Source of the DNA: Octopus sinensis
Lineage: Eukaryota
Direction of reading: 5' to 3'
DNA length: 64,000 nucleotides
Assembly (NCBI RefSeq): GCF_006345805.1
Contig: NC_043006.1
Span: 68,138,001 to 68,202,000 of the forward strand
Made by a program: the position numbers and the translations under genes. The notes beneath the pieces were generated by a model that worked only from the letters and a program-made list of their open reading frames with translations, had not been told where the DNA came from and made no database searches. Numbering within the stretch: the stretch's first letter is position 1; every line of letters starts with the position of its first letter. Positions 43,741 to 58,460 of the stretch are shown piece after piece.

Positions 43741-46700
43741 TAGTGGACATAACGCGGTCCAAATAGCAGCCAAAGGCTAGCTGTTACCTGCTACGTTCGA
43801 ATGCACGTATATATAATAAAGGGGAGAAAGGAATTTCACTCGAGTGTACGCTACAAAGACAAAGGTGAGACTGAGCACTTGCAACAACATCGTGAGCTTA
43901 CAAATTTAAAGCGAAAATTTTCAGACCTTGTGTTTTAATGCCCAGTTACTCTGCTATTCTATGACAGAGTATTCCACCATATAGACAATATCTACCAATG
44001 TAAATAGCTATATTAATTTCTTACAGTTTCCTATCGACACCAAGACGAACGACATTGTAACAGTAAATGTAATGATATATGTTGGAGTCGGCAGTTACCA
44101 ATTGTAACAGGTGTTGGTGTTGCAAGTGTGCAGGATGAAGGAAGAACAGTGATCGAAATTGTAAACAAATATTTATTGCCGTTACTTTGTATATAGCCAA
44201 ACCATGACGGGCTGGTATAATATAACTCGTAAAGCATGCAAAGTAAAGAGAGATATCGTAGATTTTTCTTGTATAGGTGTGTTTATGTTCTCGTTATTGC
44301 GTAGTAGTAAACCAGAGATAGAGATAGGGTAATGTTGTAGAGAAGAGAAAGTGAGCTAGTAAGAGTGGTGGGACGAAGCAACTGCATCGTTGGTGAGTTA
44401 CTATAGTTGTCCACCTGTGTCTTTTCATTTAGAGACAGCGTTTCGTTCAGCCGGTCAGCTAAACTCGGTTCTCACTAACTGACTTTGGCTTACGGAGTTC
44501 TAGTGTTCGTAACTACAAAACTATCTAGAAAAATAGATACACTGCAAAGACAAAGGATATTTTTTGAGAGGTCAACTGTTATCTCAATTCAAGAGGTTAG
44601 AAGGGTCAAGTGGCAAAGACGTAAATCGGCTTAACAAAGCCATATGTTAAATGCAACTGCTATCACTATTGTTTTTCTGTGAGAGAAGTATTGTTGAAAT
44701 GTTAAAAGAAACTGGCATATTCAGGTTCGAATCTACTGTATGCCTAAATGAAGTTACTACAACATCCTATGTTCAACCAAGTTTCGTTTCAGAGTCACGT
44801 AATGTCAAAGAAAAGCTTCCTAAAATGTGTCACTTTCATCATAATTGAAGTAAGAACAATTTTGTAGGGACAAAGAAACAACAGCTTATTATCCTCAATG
44901 GAAAAGGCAGCAAGTAAATAGTTACCACCTGGTGGCGTGGCTGTAAGAGGGAGAAAGTAGAAAAAACTAGAGTTAATAGAGCCAAGATGACATTCATTAA
45001 ATAAGGATATATATTTCTTTACTACCCACAAGGGGCTAAACACAGAGGGGACAAACAAGGACAGACAAAGGGATTAAGTCTATTATATCGACCCCAGTGC
45101 GTAACTGGTACTTAATTTATCGACCCCGAAAGGATGAAAGGCAAAGTCGACCTCGGCGGAATTTGAACTCGGAACGTAACGACAGACGAAATACGGCTAC
45201 GCATTTCGCCCGGCGTGCTAACGTTTCTGCTAGCTCGCCGCAGCCACTCCATCCACACTATTCACGAGCAGCACAGAACCACAAACTATGGCACACATAG
45301 TGAGATGTTCTCTAATGTAAGAACCAAATAATTTGGTTGTTGACATTGGAATGTATAATGAAGATGTAGAAAACTATGTTCAGGTGTAGTAGATTCGAAA
45401 CCGAATCGACGAATTGCCAAGTAAAAACCACGGCTTAGTAACAGCGATTTCACTTGATCGGTCGCTTAACTGGCCAATCAGCATGGAGCCATTACGCGAT
45501 GCAACCTTCTAGAAATTTCTACAACGTCCCTAACGAGACATAAAAATAGACGAGTTTTAGTATCAAATCTTTGCAGGGTGTCGAAGGTGACTGTACCAAA
45601 TGCGCCTCCCCTCTTACCAGGGATATTTGTTCATAGATCGGCCGATTCATTTCACATGTCTCACCCTTTGCCACAAAGTATTGGGAATCGCCGCCATGAA
45701 AATCACACTCTCATTTTTCAGCATTTAACAATTATTTTAACAACTTCTTATTCAACCGAGCAGACAGCAGCTACAGTGTGGAGCGGCAATGGACAAGTGG
45801 TTAGGACAGCGGACTCGCCGTCGTAAGAACGCGGTTTCGATTCCCAGACCGGGCATTGTAAGTATTTATTAAGCTCCATAAGGTTGTACTCTTTCACCAC
45901 AACTTTCTCTCACTCTTTCTTCCTACTTCTGCCACAAAGCAGAGGAACCATGGTGTAACCCACTATGGTGTGGTTAACTTTCAGACCCTAGTCTAGATTG
46001 CGAATCCTCTGTACCCCAGGATGGTTCAACTCTCCACCCGTTAAAAGTTACCGTTTACGGAATGAGGATAACAACGTAGCTTTCACGCCCGTGCAACCGC
46101 CAGTCTATCGCGTGTTGGGGGTGGAAGAAGAAGAAGCTACGATATTGCAATTATGAATTTAACATTTTATCTGCAGTCTTAGCAGCTGATTTAACTAACT
46201 ATTTTCTCATAACTACCGAATTGTGCTTTGCATTATTATATAAGCTTTGTTGTGCATTATTAATTCAAGACCAACATGGAAAATGTTTTGTGCAGTGAAT
46301 GAAGTTTTTATTAATCGTTCATGTGGTGTTGTTCGTTATTTACACGCAGTTCATCTCACACCTTGCGATACAGGTTTGGGTGAACAAAATTTAGCTGAAT
46401 GTGAAGCGGATTCTATAACAGCAGTTTCAAATTTTGGCACAAAACCAGCAATTGTAGTGAGAGGCGTTAGTCGATACCTTCAGCTCCTGTACTTCATTGG
46501 TATTTAATTTTAACGACCTTGAAAGGATGAAAGGCAAAACTAACCTTTGCGAGATTTGAACTCAGAACGTGTGTGTATCTGTGTGCGTGTGTATTATATT
46601 ATACTATATTCTTTTTAACTCTAGGCACAAGGCCCGAAATTTTTGGGGAGGCGGCCAGTCGATTAGATCGATCCCCAGAAAGCAACTGGTACTTAATTTA

Positions 46701-47522
46701 TCGACCCCGAAAGGATGAAAGGCAAATTCGACCTCGGTGGAATTTGAACTCAGAACGTAAAGACAGACGAAATACCTATTTCTTTACTACCCACAAGGGG
46801 CTAAACACAGAGAGGACAAGCAAGGACAGACAAACGGATTAAGTCGATTATATCGATCCCAGTGCGTAACTGGTACTTAGTTAATCGACCCCGAAAGGAT
46901 GAAAGGCAAAGTCGACCTTGGCGGAATTTGAACTCAGAACGTAACGGCAGACGAAATACGGCTACGCATTTCGCCCGGCGTGCTAACGATTCTGCCAGCT
47001 CGCCGCCTTTATATTATACTATTATATTATAGTGCAACACGTGCACGCACGCACACACACACACACACATGAATACGAATGTGTGTGTGCACGTTCAGGT
47101 GCAAAAGTTTACATGTATGTGTGTGTATTTGCATATATGTATATGTATATATCATCTTATTCATAGCTATCGTAATGCATCCTTTTCATGCAGACACCTG
47201 TCTGAAACAACACATTCCTCTCATGCCATTAAAATATCTCATTTCCGTCTCCGATTGACACTTCAGGTCACCCCTAATCTCCTACAGTTATAATTATCAT
47301 TACTTTGTTTAAGCAATTACGAAGCAGCCGTTTAAAAAAATAATAAGATGTAACCCCTAAATTTAATCTTTCATATATCGACACATTGTTACATAAACCA
47401 ACTCGAGAGCCTCTGTGAGGTCGTTCGACCTGCTAGAAATAGCAAATGATTTTTCTTTTTCCAAACCACACTCTACTGTTTTATATAAGGATCGGATGGA
47501 CATAAGAGGAATGCCTTTGATT

Positions 47523-48330
47523 AGATATAGTGGATCTTGCAAGCATGAAGTGGATTCCATCCACCATAGCCAAATTTAAATTAACACTGCAACAGAACTC
47601 TTCCCACGGTCGAACAATGGTTTTTCTCTGATAGCAGTTTTACATTTTCCAGAGGCCTTTAGCTAGGCCGAAATAATATATTCACCACTTGACCCTTTCT
47701 AACCTCTTCTACTTCACCAAAAGCTAGAATAGAGTTAACAAGACCACAAACTAAATCTACTGTTCTCCATGATATGTCTATAATTCTGGATAGTTATAAA
47801 AGCATGGACACCCCAAGCAAAAAATCAGTCGGTGACGACTCAACGAGTCCAGTCACATGCTGACGACTCAACCAGGTAGTCACTTGGCGACAACGGAGCG
47901 AGGCGGCTCGTGACGACTCAACCAGTTAGTCACTTGGGTAACAACGAAGTCTGGCTGACCAGCTAGAACCTTGCTCAGGGGGAAAAAATGAAGTTTACTG
48001 TCAGCAACTATGAGACAACACCCTACAACTCTCACTAGCTCTAATTCTGTTCTCTTACAACATCATTCTCTCTCTCTCTGTAATTACTACTAAACAATGA
48101 AGAGCGCACAAACACAAACTTTACTTCGCATGCTTTGGATTTATCATAACCTGCCTGTCGAGGCTAAGTATTGTAACGTAACGGTAAATAAATATTTCCT
48201 TAAAACTTCATGCATTGTTCATCTTTCACATCCTACAACATGCAATTATAACAACAAATTTTTATCGTCACAGCTGCTGACTCCGACATTTCATAATATT
48301 GTTTACTAATCAATTTTACCCGTTACTATT
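47523..48330 (+). mobile_element. Dispersed LTR-like repeat, copy 1
   Basis: Highly similar by eye to the reverse complement of 56330-56998. Contains tataaaag, aataaa, repeated tgacgactcaac and a 3' cccgttac end. Confidence 0.6.
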
Positions 48331-49489
48331 GGTAACTGCAACTGTTATAAGTATGTCCGATCAAGGTTGGCATGGTGCTAAACGATAATATTTAAAGTTA
48401 ATGAGAGAACCTCTCCGTAGTTGCTTTACTAGCAAGAAACAGTAGCCAGTCCTCCGTGCCGTCCTAAAAAGAAAAAGGAATGACATATTGGTAAGTTTAG
48501 TCGCTGATATAAAAAGGCAGGATGGTCATGACTAGAATACCTTTGCTCGTTGGGCAATGCATTTATAGTTGAGTGGGAGTAACGAACAGCTTCCTAGCTA
48601 CATTTTTCTACCAGTTCCTTTCTTATTGTCCTCGGCTTTTCCACGTAGAAAATTATGAGTCAGTTCTATTGTTTAAGCGACTATTTCAAGTCAGACTTGA
48701 GTCAGAGGCAGACAAGAGACGGAAAATCCGTTGTCTAGCCTGACCTAATTTAGTTAAGAAAAATATAAATACAGAACCCAAAATCGGCTCTGCCTCTTTT
48801 CGCTTGACTCCTGGCCAAAGGAACACTTTACGTATGGCCTATCATCACGCAACTATACAACTTTCACCCTCTTTACTTGTCTAATTTCTTTTACTCTTTC
48901 TCTCTCCTTTTTCCATCCGTTCCCTTCAGCAAAAGATGACTTTAATCACCTGCAGAATGGGTAACAGAACGGCAAATAACCTGTGTATAACAACAACTCG
49001 AAAAAGTTGTATCTTACATTGTAACGATGAAGAAAAAAGGGTCATTTGAACGAATAATATTTTTCTTCCTCTTATTTATTTGCAACATACAATCATTACA
49101 CTGGGATTAAGACAACCGTACGTTAAAATTTTTGTAAAATAGGTTTATTAATTTTTTTTTTTTCCAAAAGATACCCTCGGAGCATTGGTTGATCCGAAAA
49201 ACATGCATGCAGGAGTTTATATGTTATAAATGTATATAGAAGAGTATGTTATAGGGTTGCATATTATAGGAATAAGTTATAGATTTTATATATAGGAGTT
49301 TCGTATAGTGTTGCAGATAGGAACATCTTATAGGGTTGTACATACACGGTATTCGGTCTAAATTTGACAGTTTGTATAAAAGTAAATTTTTTTTTTTTAA
49401 ATCGAAACTATGGCAGGGAAATAGCAGTTTACGCATTGTTCTTCACTGTGTCTCTGGAAGACCTTCGAACACCTCCTTGATCTTAAAGC

Positions 49490-50050
49490 CAGCATTTGCG
49501 TTACTATCTAGACACAGTAGACAGTCCTCCGTGCCTTCCTAAAACAGGGTGGATGGTGTCTTTCTCAACTGCGCCCCACACATAGTAATCCATGGAATAA
49601 CAACTGAGGGAATTAGGAGGCCATAAATAAGGGCTGATGAAGTTGTACAAATTCTCCGACAACCACTTCTGACTCTTTTCGGTGACATGGCATGGAGTCG
49701 AATCCTGCTGCAAATATATGGCCGTTCAGTAGCAATACTCTCCAGCCAGGAATTGATCACATTCTCCTCTAGGTTCACATAGTCGTCTAAATTGAGCCTA
49801 AGGCTCTGTCTTGTCGGATAAATTGCGGCGTGCGGATGTAGTCAAAAGCCTGCTGTATCTTTTCCTGCTGGTCACAGCTTCGTAGTCTCCATTGCAGCTG
49901 TCCATGTCACATCTTACAGCCTTTGGAATATTCACAGACCATTGGGTAGCAGTCATGATGTCGGTATTTTAACACCCAGTGCGAATCATCATGATAAAGG
50001 TAACTCTTTTTCTAATATTCAGATGGTTTCCAGTCCTCCATGTCAGCTAA
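49490..50050 (-). mobile_element. Tc1/mariner (maT/DD37D-like) transposase remnant
   Basis: QQDSTPCHVTEKSQKWLSENLYNFISPYLWPPNSLSCYSMDYYVWGAVEKDT; frameshifted and internally deleted. Confidence 0.85.
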
Positions 50051-50386
50051 TTTTTTCTCAACTACAACTTTAATTTTTATGCTCTTTAAAGCCGTTGACC
50101 ATTAAGCAACACATGAAGCTGTTCCTAAAAAAGAACGACATAAAAATCGTGAAATTTGGCCCGAACGCTCTGAAGGAGTATCTGATAAATATGAATATGA
50201 CGTATCTTATAAACATTTATATATAGTATTGTAAAAGGCTGTATAGTGTATATTACGCGGATGTATACAGACTATCTAATACACCTACATATAGGAGTAT
50301 CTTAATGAGTCACAAATGAGTCGATTCAAACTACTAATTATTGCTTCAAAATTTCGGAACAATGCCAGCAATTTTGGGGGAACGGT

Positions 50387-50553
50387 CACTAGCGTAGCTA
50401 GCGGGAGACGGTAGGGGCGGTCCGCCCCGGGTGGCACTTTTAAAGGGGCGGCACTTTTGGGTCTGCTCAAGGCAATATGTATTTTTTGTGGGGTCCGGAG
50501 GCGGCAAACAGAAGGGCCGCCCCCGGGCGGCACACACTCTAGCTACGCTAGTA
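50387..50553. mobile_element. hAT-like MITE (167 bp)
   Basis: TIR actagcgtagctag / ctagctacgctagt; 8-bp TSD ggaacggt at 50379-50386 and 50554-50561. Confidence 0.8.
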
Positions 50554-50819
50554 GGAACGGTAGGTCGAATATATTGATCCTGTGCTCAACTGGTACAAAT
50601 TCTATCGACCCAAAGGGTTAAAAGGCAAAGTCAGCCTCGGTGGAATTTGATCTCAGAACGTAAAGAGCTCAGACAAATAAGCAATAATATCGAGGAAACA
50701 GAGAGAACTACTGTAGGGAAGTTCTAGAAGAGGCCACACATATCCACCCAAGGTGGTGACACAGATCTAGGATCTGGAATCCCAAAGACATAACAGTACA
50801 GCATAACTTCTCCAAACTC

Positions 50820-50850
<31 letters not shown>

Positions 50851-50886
50851 ACGCTCTCTTTGTGTGTGTTTCCCCTCTCGCTTTAG

Positions 50887-51031
50887 GTTTATTAGACAAG
50901 GAAGACGAGGACCTGTTGGAAATATTGAGGGACTGGGATGAAGTCAAATTGCCGGATAGTTGGGATGAGGAGGAGTGTATGAAGGTGCCTTTAACGGGAA
51001 AACAAGTGAAAGAATTTGGGGCGATCCTTCG
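50887..51031 (+). CDS. Putative internal exon of an unknown acidic protein
   Basis: A long polypyrimidine tract and ctttag| acceptor precede GLLDKEDEDLLEILRDWDEVKLPDSWDEEECMKVPLTGKQVKEFGAILR. Possible donors follow 51031 (gtatag) or 51037 (gtacac). Confidence 0.5.
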
Positions 51032-51173
51032 GTATAGGTACACACGTGACTTTGTTTACATTTCTGAAGATAAGAGAAACTCTTTTCTCCGACCCCTAAC
51101 CCCCCCACCCATATATAAAAAAAAAACCCACTTTCTTGAAATGTATCCGGTACTTCCGGTACTTATACCGAAG

Positions 51174-51248
51174 TTATGCCAAAAAACAGTACGGGTTGAC
51201 AATAGAGGATTATTTTTCGAAAGAAGAGGACATAGGGAAAGAGGACAG
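51174..51248 (+). CDS. Putative next exon (75 nt), YAKKQYGLTIEDYFSKEEDIGKED
   Basis: Phase-compatible with the previous exon. The donor CAG|gtaagt is perfect; the acceptor (ccgaag) is weak. Confidence 0.4.
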
Positions 51249-51403
51249 GTAAGTGATGTTATCCGATGGGGCGGGTAACATCACTTTCATCTTTCATTTT
51301 CACTCACTCATTTTATCATAAGTTTTGTTTTGTTTTTGCGTTTTATGTCCCCAATGTGTTATTTGTTTCTTATCTTTGTCGGCTTGTCCTGGGTAATAAA
51401 GAA

Positions 51404-51436
<33 letters not shown>

Positions 51437-52505
51437 CTATCTTCCAGTTTCATTTTCTTTAAAAACATCGACTGCGATCTCACGAACCTGCATCAGTCAA
51501 AGATGTTCAAACATGTCTAGGGATTTTATTATAGACAGATGAACAATTTTCTGACAAAGACTGGCGATAGTGTGTTATAATTAATACAGTATTGTGTTAT
51601 AATTAACGTAGCAATGCAAACGGAGAGTTGTGTAAATGTGGAGTGAAAAAAAAAAACCAAGTGGCTTAAAAAATATGACGTCAGTTAATAAGTGTCTCCG
51701 TCTAATTTTTTAACTGACACAGTTAAAATAATAAATACAGACGTTCCTGTAAATGACAGACTGGTTAACTTTAACGTATTGAGGGAAGAATGTAGAAAAT
51801 TATATTTTCGTTTGCACGCGAGGAATCCGCAAAAATTTGTTGAATTTCAATCTCTGATTCACAGGATCTTTCCTTTTCCTCAAAACATGAGAACGCAAAT
51901 TTCTGATGAGCATGTCGGGTGAAATGCTTAGCACCATTCCGTCCGTCTACTATCCTCCCTCCTCCAAAATTTCAGGCTTGTGCCTACAGTAGAAAGAATT
52001 ATTATTGCTGTTGTTGTTCTTCTGCTAATATCGGTTAGATAACAAATACGTACCAAGCGACAACCAGTAGACTAGGGCAAAGATTGTAGTGTAATTTAAT
52101 TGTTCGATACAGCTTCCGGTCCTGTTGTTTTTTTTAAAGAAAAATAGTGGCTTTCAGAATATAGATTACAAGGACCAAGGACTCGTAGAGTATGAGCCAT
52201 ATTCCCTCCCGCCGCTTCGGTCTTTGTTACTGTTTTTATTGGTTTCATGCAAGGTTAGTGCACCTCTGTCTTTCTGTGGGTAGAACTTATTATAATCTAC
52301 CTTTCGGGATCGATAAAGTAAGTACCAGTTGAGAACTGGGGTCGATGTAATCAACTTACTCCATCACAGTTCTATATTTAAGAGATGAGGAATTATGTAC
52401 ATTATTTACATCCAACCTTCATCCGATGTCTTGGTGAAATTTCGAACCTGGGTTCGAAAGGTATTTTTCGATTATTATTATTATTATTATTATTATGATT
52501 ATTAT

Positions 52506-52587
52506 TCAAGTCACTGCCTGGAATCGAACTCGGAATCTTGGGGTTAGTAGCCCGCGCTCTTAACCACTACGCCATATGTCCACGGGC

Positions 52588-52588
<1 letters not shown>
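52506..52588 (-). mobile_element. tRNA-like SINE head (not a functional tRNA)
   Basis: ggcgtagtggttaagagcgcgggctactaaccccaagattccgagttcgattcc has A and B boxes, an ACT anticodon position, a poor acceptor stem and a TAA tail. Confidence 0.6.
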
Positions 52589-52633
<45 letters not shown>

Positions 52634-52635
<2 letters not shown>

Positions 52636-52780
52636 ACATCCCACGCAGAACACTTTCCATACAATAACCATCAGAGCATCACAACAAATCACAGCACATA
52701 CCTAAGGCACACACAGCTGCGCTCGGTAGTGAAGTGAAAGCACGCTATAAAAATAAAACTACTGAATAATAATAATAATA
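52634..52780 (+). mobile_element. R4/Dong-like non-LTR 3' end in a (TAA)n tract
   Basis: cacatcccacgcagaacactttccatacaataa resembles the HILRRTLSIQ* ORF end; TAA repeats flank both sides. Confidence 0.5.
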
Positions 52781-52875
52781 AAATAATAATAATAATAATA
52801 ATAATGATATTAATAGCAACAACAACATCGAAAAATACCTTAGGAATGAGAACCCAGGTTCAAAATTTCCCCCAA

Positions 52876-52921
52876 GACACCTGATGAAGGCTGGTGGGCA
52901 TATCAGCCGAAACGTTGTGTT
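52876..52921 (+). ncRNA. Minimal type I hammerhead ribozyme-like motif (Penelope-type repeat)
   Basis: gacac-CTGATGA-a-ggctg(gtgggcatat)cagcc-GAAA-cg-TT-gtgtt. Stems I and II are paired; stem III is the palindrome ACGT. Confidence 0.7.
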
Positions 52922-53039
52922 AATAACAAACAAGATGAGGACAAATATCCGTCAAATATAAATAATGTAAATAATGAACTTACCCCATCATTGTACCTGC
53001 TGACCGTGTGCCAAAATTTTAAACCATCATTATTATTAT

Positions 53040-53082
<43 letters not shown>

Positions 53083-54875
53083 GAAAGTCAGCTGAGTTCC
53101 CACGGCCCAAATACACTTCAACAACTGGCTCCCAGTCACACTGTTTCTTCTCCCTATATAACTCCTACCACTTCTATAATGGATTCAGCTAATCTTTTCT
53201 AGAAAGTTCTATGACAACTCCTTTCATACGACTTAACATATCCATCATGTCTCCCCCTACTAATCTTATAATACCTTATCTTTCAGTTCTCGTGAGCCCT
53301 AAGGTTCCGCAAAACGTTTCTAGGGGTTCCGCGAGAAAGAGTGAGATAAGCTAATGCTAATTTCATGATCGTAATATCACTATATATGCACAGCATATTG
53401 GTTATTGTAATATTGTAATATAGACATCATCCTATCTAACCTATTGTGTTATCAAAAAAAATATAGCAACTGTATATATATATGATATTTACCACGTGAA
53501 CTACGATAAAAAAAATATAAGTAAAAATTTGGTATATAATTCCTTTTGTGCAGGGGTTCCTTGAGAAAAGATTGAGGAAAAAAGATTGAGAAACACTGAT
53601 CTAATCTAAACCTTACTCCCCAGAAAAACCACCTTCTAGGATCTCCTTATAAAGACAACAATCTACAAGGGTTCAATCTACACCAATGCCACCATCTGGT
53701 CGATTCTTCAAAAGTCATGGCTATTTCGCTTTTTCATTTGAATGACTTCTTCCAACGAGGAATCTCATCTAAATCGTTATAATAACAAGAGTTATCTCAA
53801 TGCAGATTCACTAAAATAGTTCTTTACTTCAATGTTATGGTATAATATTGTGGCCCTTACGTCTTTCTCGGGACAATTTGCCATTTCGGTGAACTGAAAG
53901 TCACCGGAAATCGAAACTGGCTCCAGACTCAAGATTTCCACTACACAGTAAGGAATAATAATTAAGCTGACTGAGCCTGTCTTTTCAATTAATCCAAGAG
54001 CAAAAGCGGAGCTGATTAAATGACTAAAAGACTGAATTCATCATCTGAAGAAATATTAAACAAGAAAGCAATGAAAAAATTTGTTTTAACTGTGGACATC
54101 TTACTTATGAAGTTTGTCTAATCTTAGGAAAAAGCCTAAGCGTCTTTTGTTACATTTTACAAACAGCACAGATATCAGAGACGAGAAAAGTTCACGTTGT
54201 TTATACTGTTAGGATACGTTGTAGACTCTGAGGAAAGGATGATTATCTCAAATTACAGATGTTCTCCGTTAATGCCAGGTCGTACGTTGTTTTTTTTTCT
54301 TTTTGCCCTCTTCAAACCTAGTAAGGCTCATGGGCCCAGTTTCCCGGTTTCTGTGGCGTATGTGTTCCCCCCAGCTGGACTGGACGCCAGTCCATCGCAG
54401 CATTACTCAAGAAACAGGAAGAGAGAGAGAGTGAGAGAAAGTTGTAGCGAAAGAGTACAACAGGGGTCACCACCACCCCCTGCCGGAGATTCGTGGTGTT
54501 TTTAGTGTTTTCACTCAATAAACACACACAACACCCGGTCTGGGAATAGAAACCGTGATCCTTCGACTGCGAGTCTGCTGCTCTAACCACCGGGCCATTG
54601 CGCCTCCACCAGGTCGTATGTATAAGCAGTTAATCAATTATAAAAAGAACAAGAGAATATAAAAACTGATACTAGTAGAATTCTTTGAAATTTATAATTG
54701 CTGAAGACCAATACGGATCAATATCTCAATTTCCAGCTTTCAAAATATTCTGCATTTCAGTAGGATCACAACTCAATCATTCCCGGAAGACACGAAACAT
54801 CACAAGAAATAACAACAAATACTAACTTTGTAAGAAGAGAGATAAACAATAAAAATCAGTATTAAAAATATAGCA

Positions 54876-54881
54876 TTTATT
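54876..54881 (-). terminator. Polyadenylation signal AATAAA, alpha-tubulin gene 2
   Basis: Plus-strand tttatt, about 18 nt past the stop codon. Confidence 0.5.
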
Positions 54882-54898
54882 CCTAATAAAAAAATATG

Positions 54899-56086
<1,188 letters not shown>

Positions 56087-56329
56087 TTATTGTTTCATAT
56101 AGAATGGGAGAAAAATATCATAAAATTAGAGAAATGTCGCAATTAACTCCAGTGTCTCTGATAACATTTTTTTAGTCCTGTGTTCATAGCAATAGGTTGA
56201 TGTGAAAAATCAATTTTCTGGAGAGAACGCTAGTCCAAATAGAAGCGGGTGATAATGCATGGAGCTTGAGACTGTTTACAGATGTTGAGTGTGTTTGTGT
56301 ATGTTTATATATGTAACGGTTGTTTGTTT

Positions 56330-56998
56330 TGTAACGGGAGAAATTGATTAGTAAACAATGTCATGAAGTTTTAAGGAAATGTTTATTTACCGTTACGTTA
56401 CAATAACTTGCCTTGACGAGCAGGTTTTGATACATCCAAAAGCATGCGAAGTAAAGTTTGTGTATGTGTCCTCTTCATTGTTTAGTAGTAGTAAATACAG
56501 AGAGAGATAGAATGATGTTGTAAGAGAACAGAATTCGAGCTAGAGAGAGTTGTAGGGTGTTGTCTCACAGTTGCTGACAGTAAACTTCATTTCTCCCTCT
56601 GGTCAAGATTGTAGCTGGTCAGCCAGACTTCGTTGTCATTGAGTCGTCACCGACTGTGACTAACTCCGTTGAGTCGTCACGACTGCGACGAACTGATTTT
56701 TGCTTGGGGTATGCTTGTTTATATAAAGAGCCAGAAGGGTAGATATATCATTGAGAACAATAGATTTAGTTGGTGGTCTTGTTATCTCTATTCTAGCTTT
56801 TGGTGAAGTAGAAGAGATTAGAAAGGGTCAAGTAGTGAAGACATTATTTCGGCCTAGCTAAAGGCATCTGGAAAATGAAAAACTGCTGTCAGAGTAAAAC
56901 CTCTGTTCCCTCGTGGGAAAAGTTCTGTTGCAGCGTTGATTTGAATTTGGCTATAGTGGATGGAATCCACTTCATGCATGCAAGATTCACTATATATA
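56330..56998 (-). mobile_element. Dispersed LTR-like repeat, copy 2 (in intron 2 of alpha-tubulin gene 2)
   Basis: Reverse complement of 47523-48330, ending cccgttaca. A more diverged relative lies at ~44030-44650. Confidence 0.6.
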
Positions 56999-57167
56999 TA
57001 TATATATAACAGTTGCAGCGTGGAAGGTGTTTGTAAGCCATTTAAGAAACACACAAAAGCCGTTCGATTCACTTCAACATTTAAGTTTAATTTGTCAAAA
57101 TATTTTCGTCGCTTTAAGACCGCTACCGGTTCACTGACAAAAACCGTGCTGCAAGTACATCTCCGTA

Positions 57168-57198
<31 letters not shown>

Positions 57199-57742
57199 CA
57201 GAGAGGGAGAGAGAGCAATAAAAAAATGGAAGAGATCAATAGGTGGTATTCATCAACTTTTAGACATTATATTATGTCAATTTATTTATTTATTTCAAGA
57301 AATATTAGCACAACGACTTATCAAGTGTTAATTTTATTAAATTTTCTATTTTTTTTTTAATTCCCAAATATTCACCGTTCAAAATCAAAGATTAAAACAC
57401 AATAAACAAATGAATCCATTCAACAATCTGCCTGTCGGTCTATCTGTTTTTTTTCTCTCTCTCTCTCGCTCGCTCGTTTTTGTCTCTCTCTCCCTCTCTC
57501 CCCCCTCTCTCTCAATATTGACAAGAAAATGTATATTATGGATCTCCCAAATTGAGTCATGATAGTAAAGTTTCGGGAAATACAGCTAAGTTGACTGAAG
57601 TATGCACAATTAGGTGAGTAGCCCCAAATCCTGCAGTAGAGATGGACATAGATCCTGTAAGTGTGTAGCAGTCTCATAGCTAATTTAATCAATTATTTCA
57701 CGTCTAGGAAATGTGATATAATATAAATATCTAAAAACTCAC

Positions 57743-57965
57743 CGACAACTGTAGGCTCGAGGTCAACAAACACAGCTCTGGGAACATGTTTTCCTGATCC
57801 TGTCTCACCAAAGAATGTACTGAAAGAGTCATCCACAGCACCCACTGCTTTCTCAGACATCAAGTAACCATCAGGCTGGATTCCATGTTCCAGACAGTAA
57901 AGTTCCCAGCAGGAATTCCCAATCTGGACACCAGCTTGTCCAACATGGATACTTATACATTCTCT
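57743..57965 (-). CDS. TUBA: Alpha-tubulin gene 2, exon 2 (223 nt), divergent K40 loop
   Basis: Boundaries are catttcag|AGAGAATGT ... GTTGTCG|gtgag. Translation: [74 protein letters not shown]. The ATG exon 1 was not located. Confidence 0.97.
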
Positions 57966-58460
57966 CTGAAATGATAAAAAGATCACAAAATACAGGCATT
58001 AAAACATGCTTCAGACGGTTAGTTTTGGGTTAACGGGAGCTCAAATAAGAGTCAGGAAATATTTCATCTCTCCAGCGAACATATATATATGTAGCCTGTG
58101 CCGTTTGAGACGTTTGGAGGTCAGGCTCCCTCATTGTGTGACTGTAGTGTTGTGATTGTCGTTGCTTCACAGTCCCTAGTGCATATAGGCTACATTTTAA
58201 TGTAGCATATATTTTGTTCCACTTGTTCTACTATCTCTAGTGCGCGTAGGTTATATTCCAACCGTGTGAACTTCGCATCTACATAAGGAGTAGTTAACCA
58301 AGGTTTGCAAGTTAAGAAGACGTTATCCAGTGGTAAAGATGCACATCTGTAAAATATATATTTATTTACAGAAACAATATAGATTGAGTCTAGACTTGTT
58401 AAATGTTAGGCTTTTCTTTCTCGGTCAAAATTCCATGCATATTTAGGATACTTTATAGAT

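Noticed and set aside
51676-51683. Perfect CRE TGACGTCA
   Set aside because: An isolated 8-mer is expected roughly by chance at this window size.
51901-51935. CTGATGA followed by a GCAT/ATGC stem (also CTGATGA at ~6365, ~38884 and ~30913 minus)
   Set aside because: No GAAA after the stem and no stem I/III, so not a hammerhead.
53170-53950. Exon-like stretches (minus MANCPEKD|gtaag near 53861; GIIRLVGGDMMDMLSR near 53270; plus acceptor near 53622)
   Set aside because: I could not assemble a consistent frame or phase, and a MITE interrupts the region.
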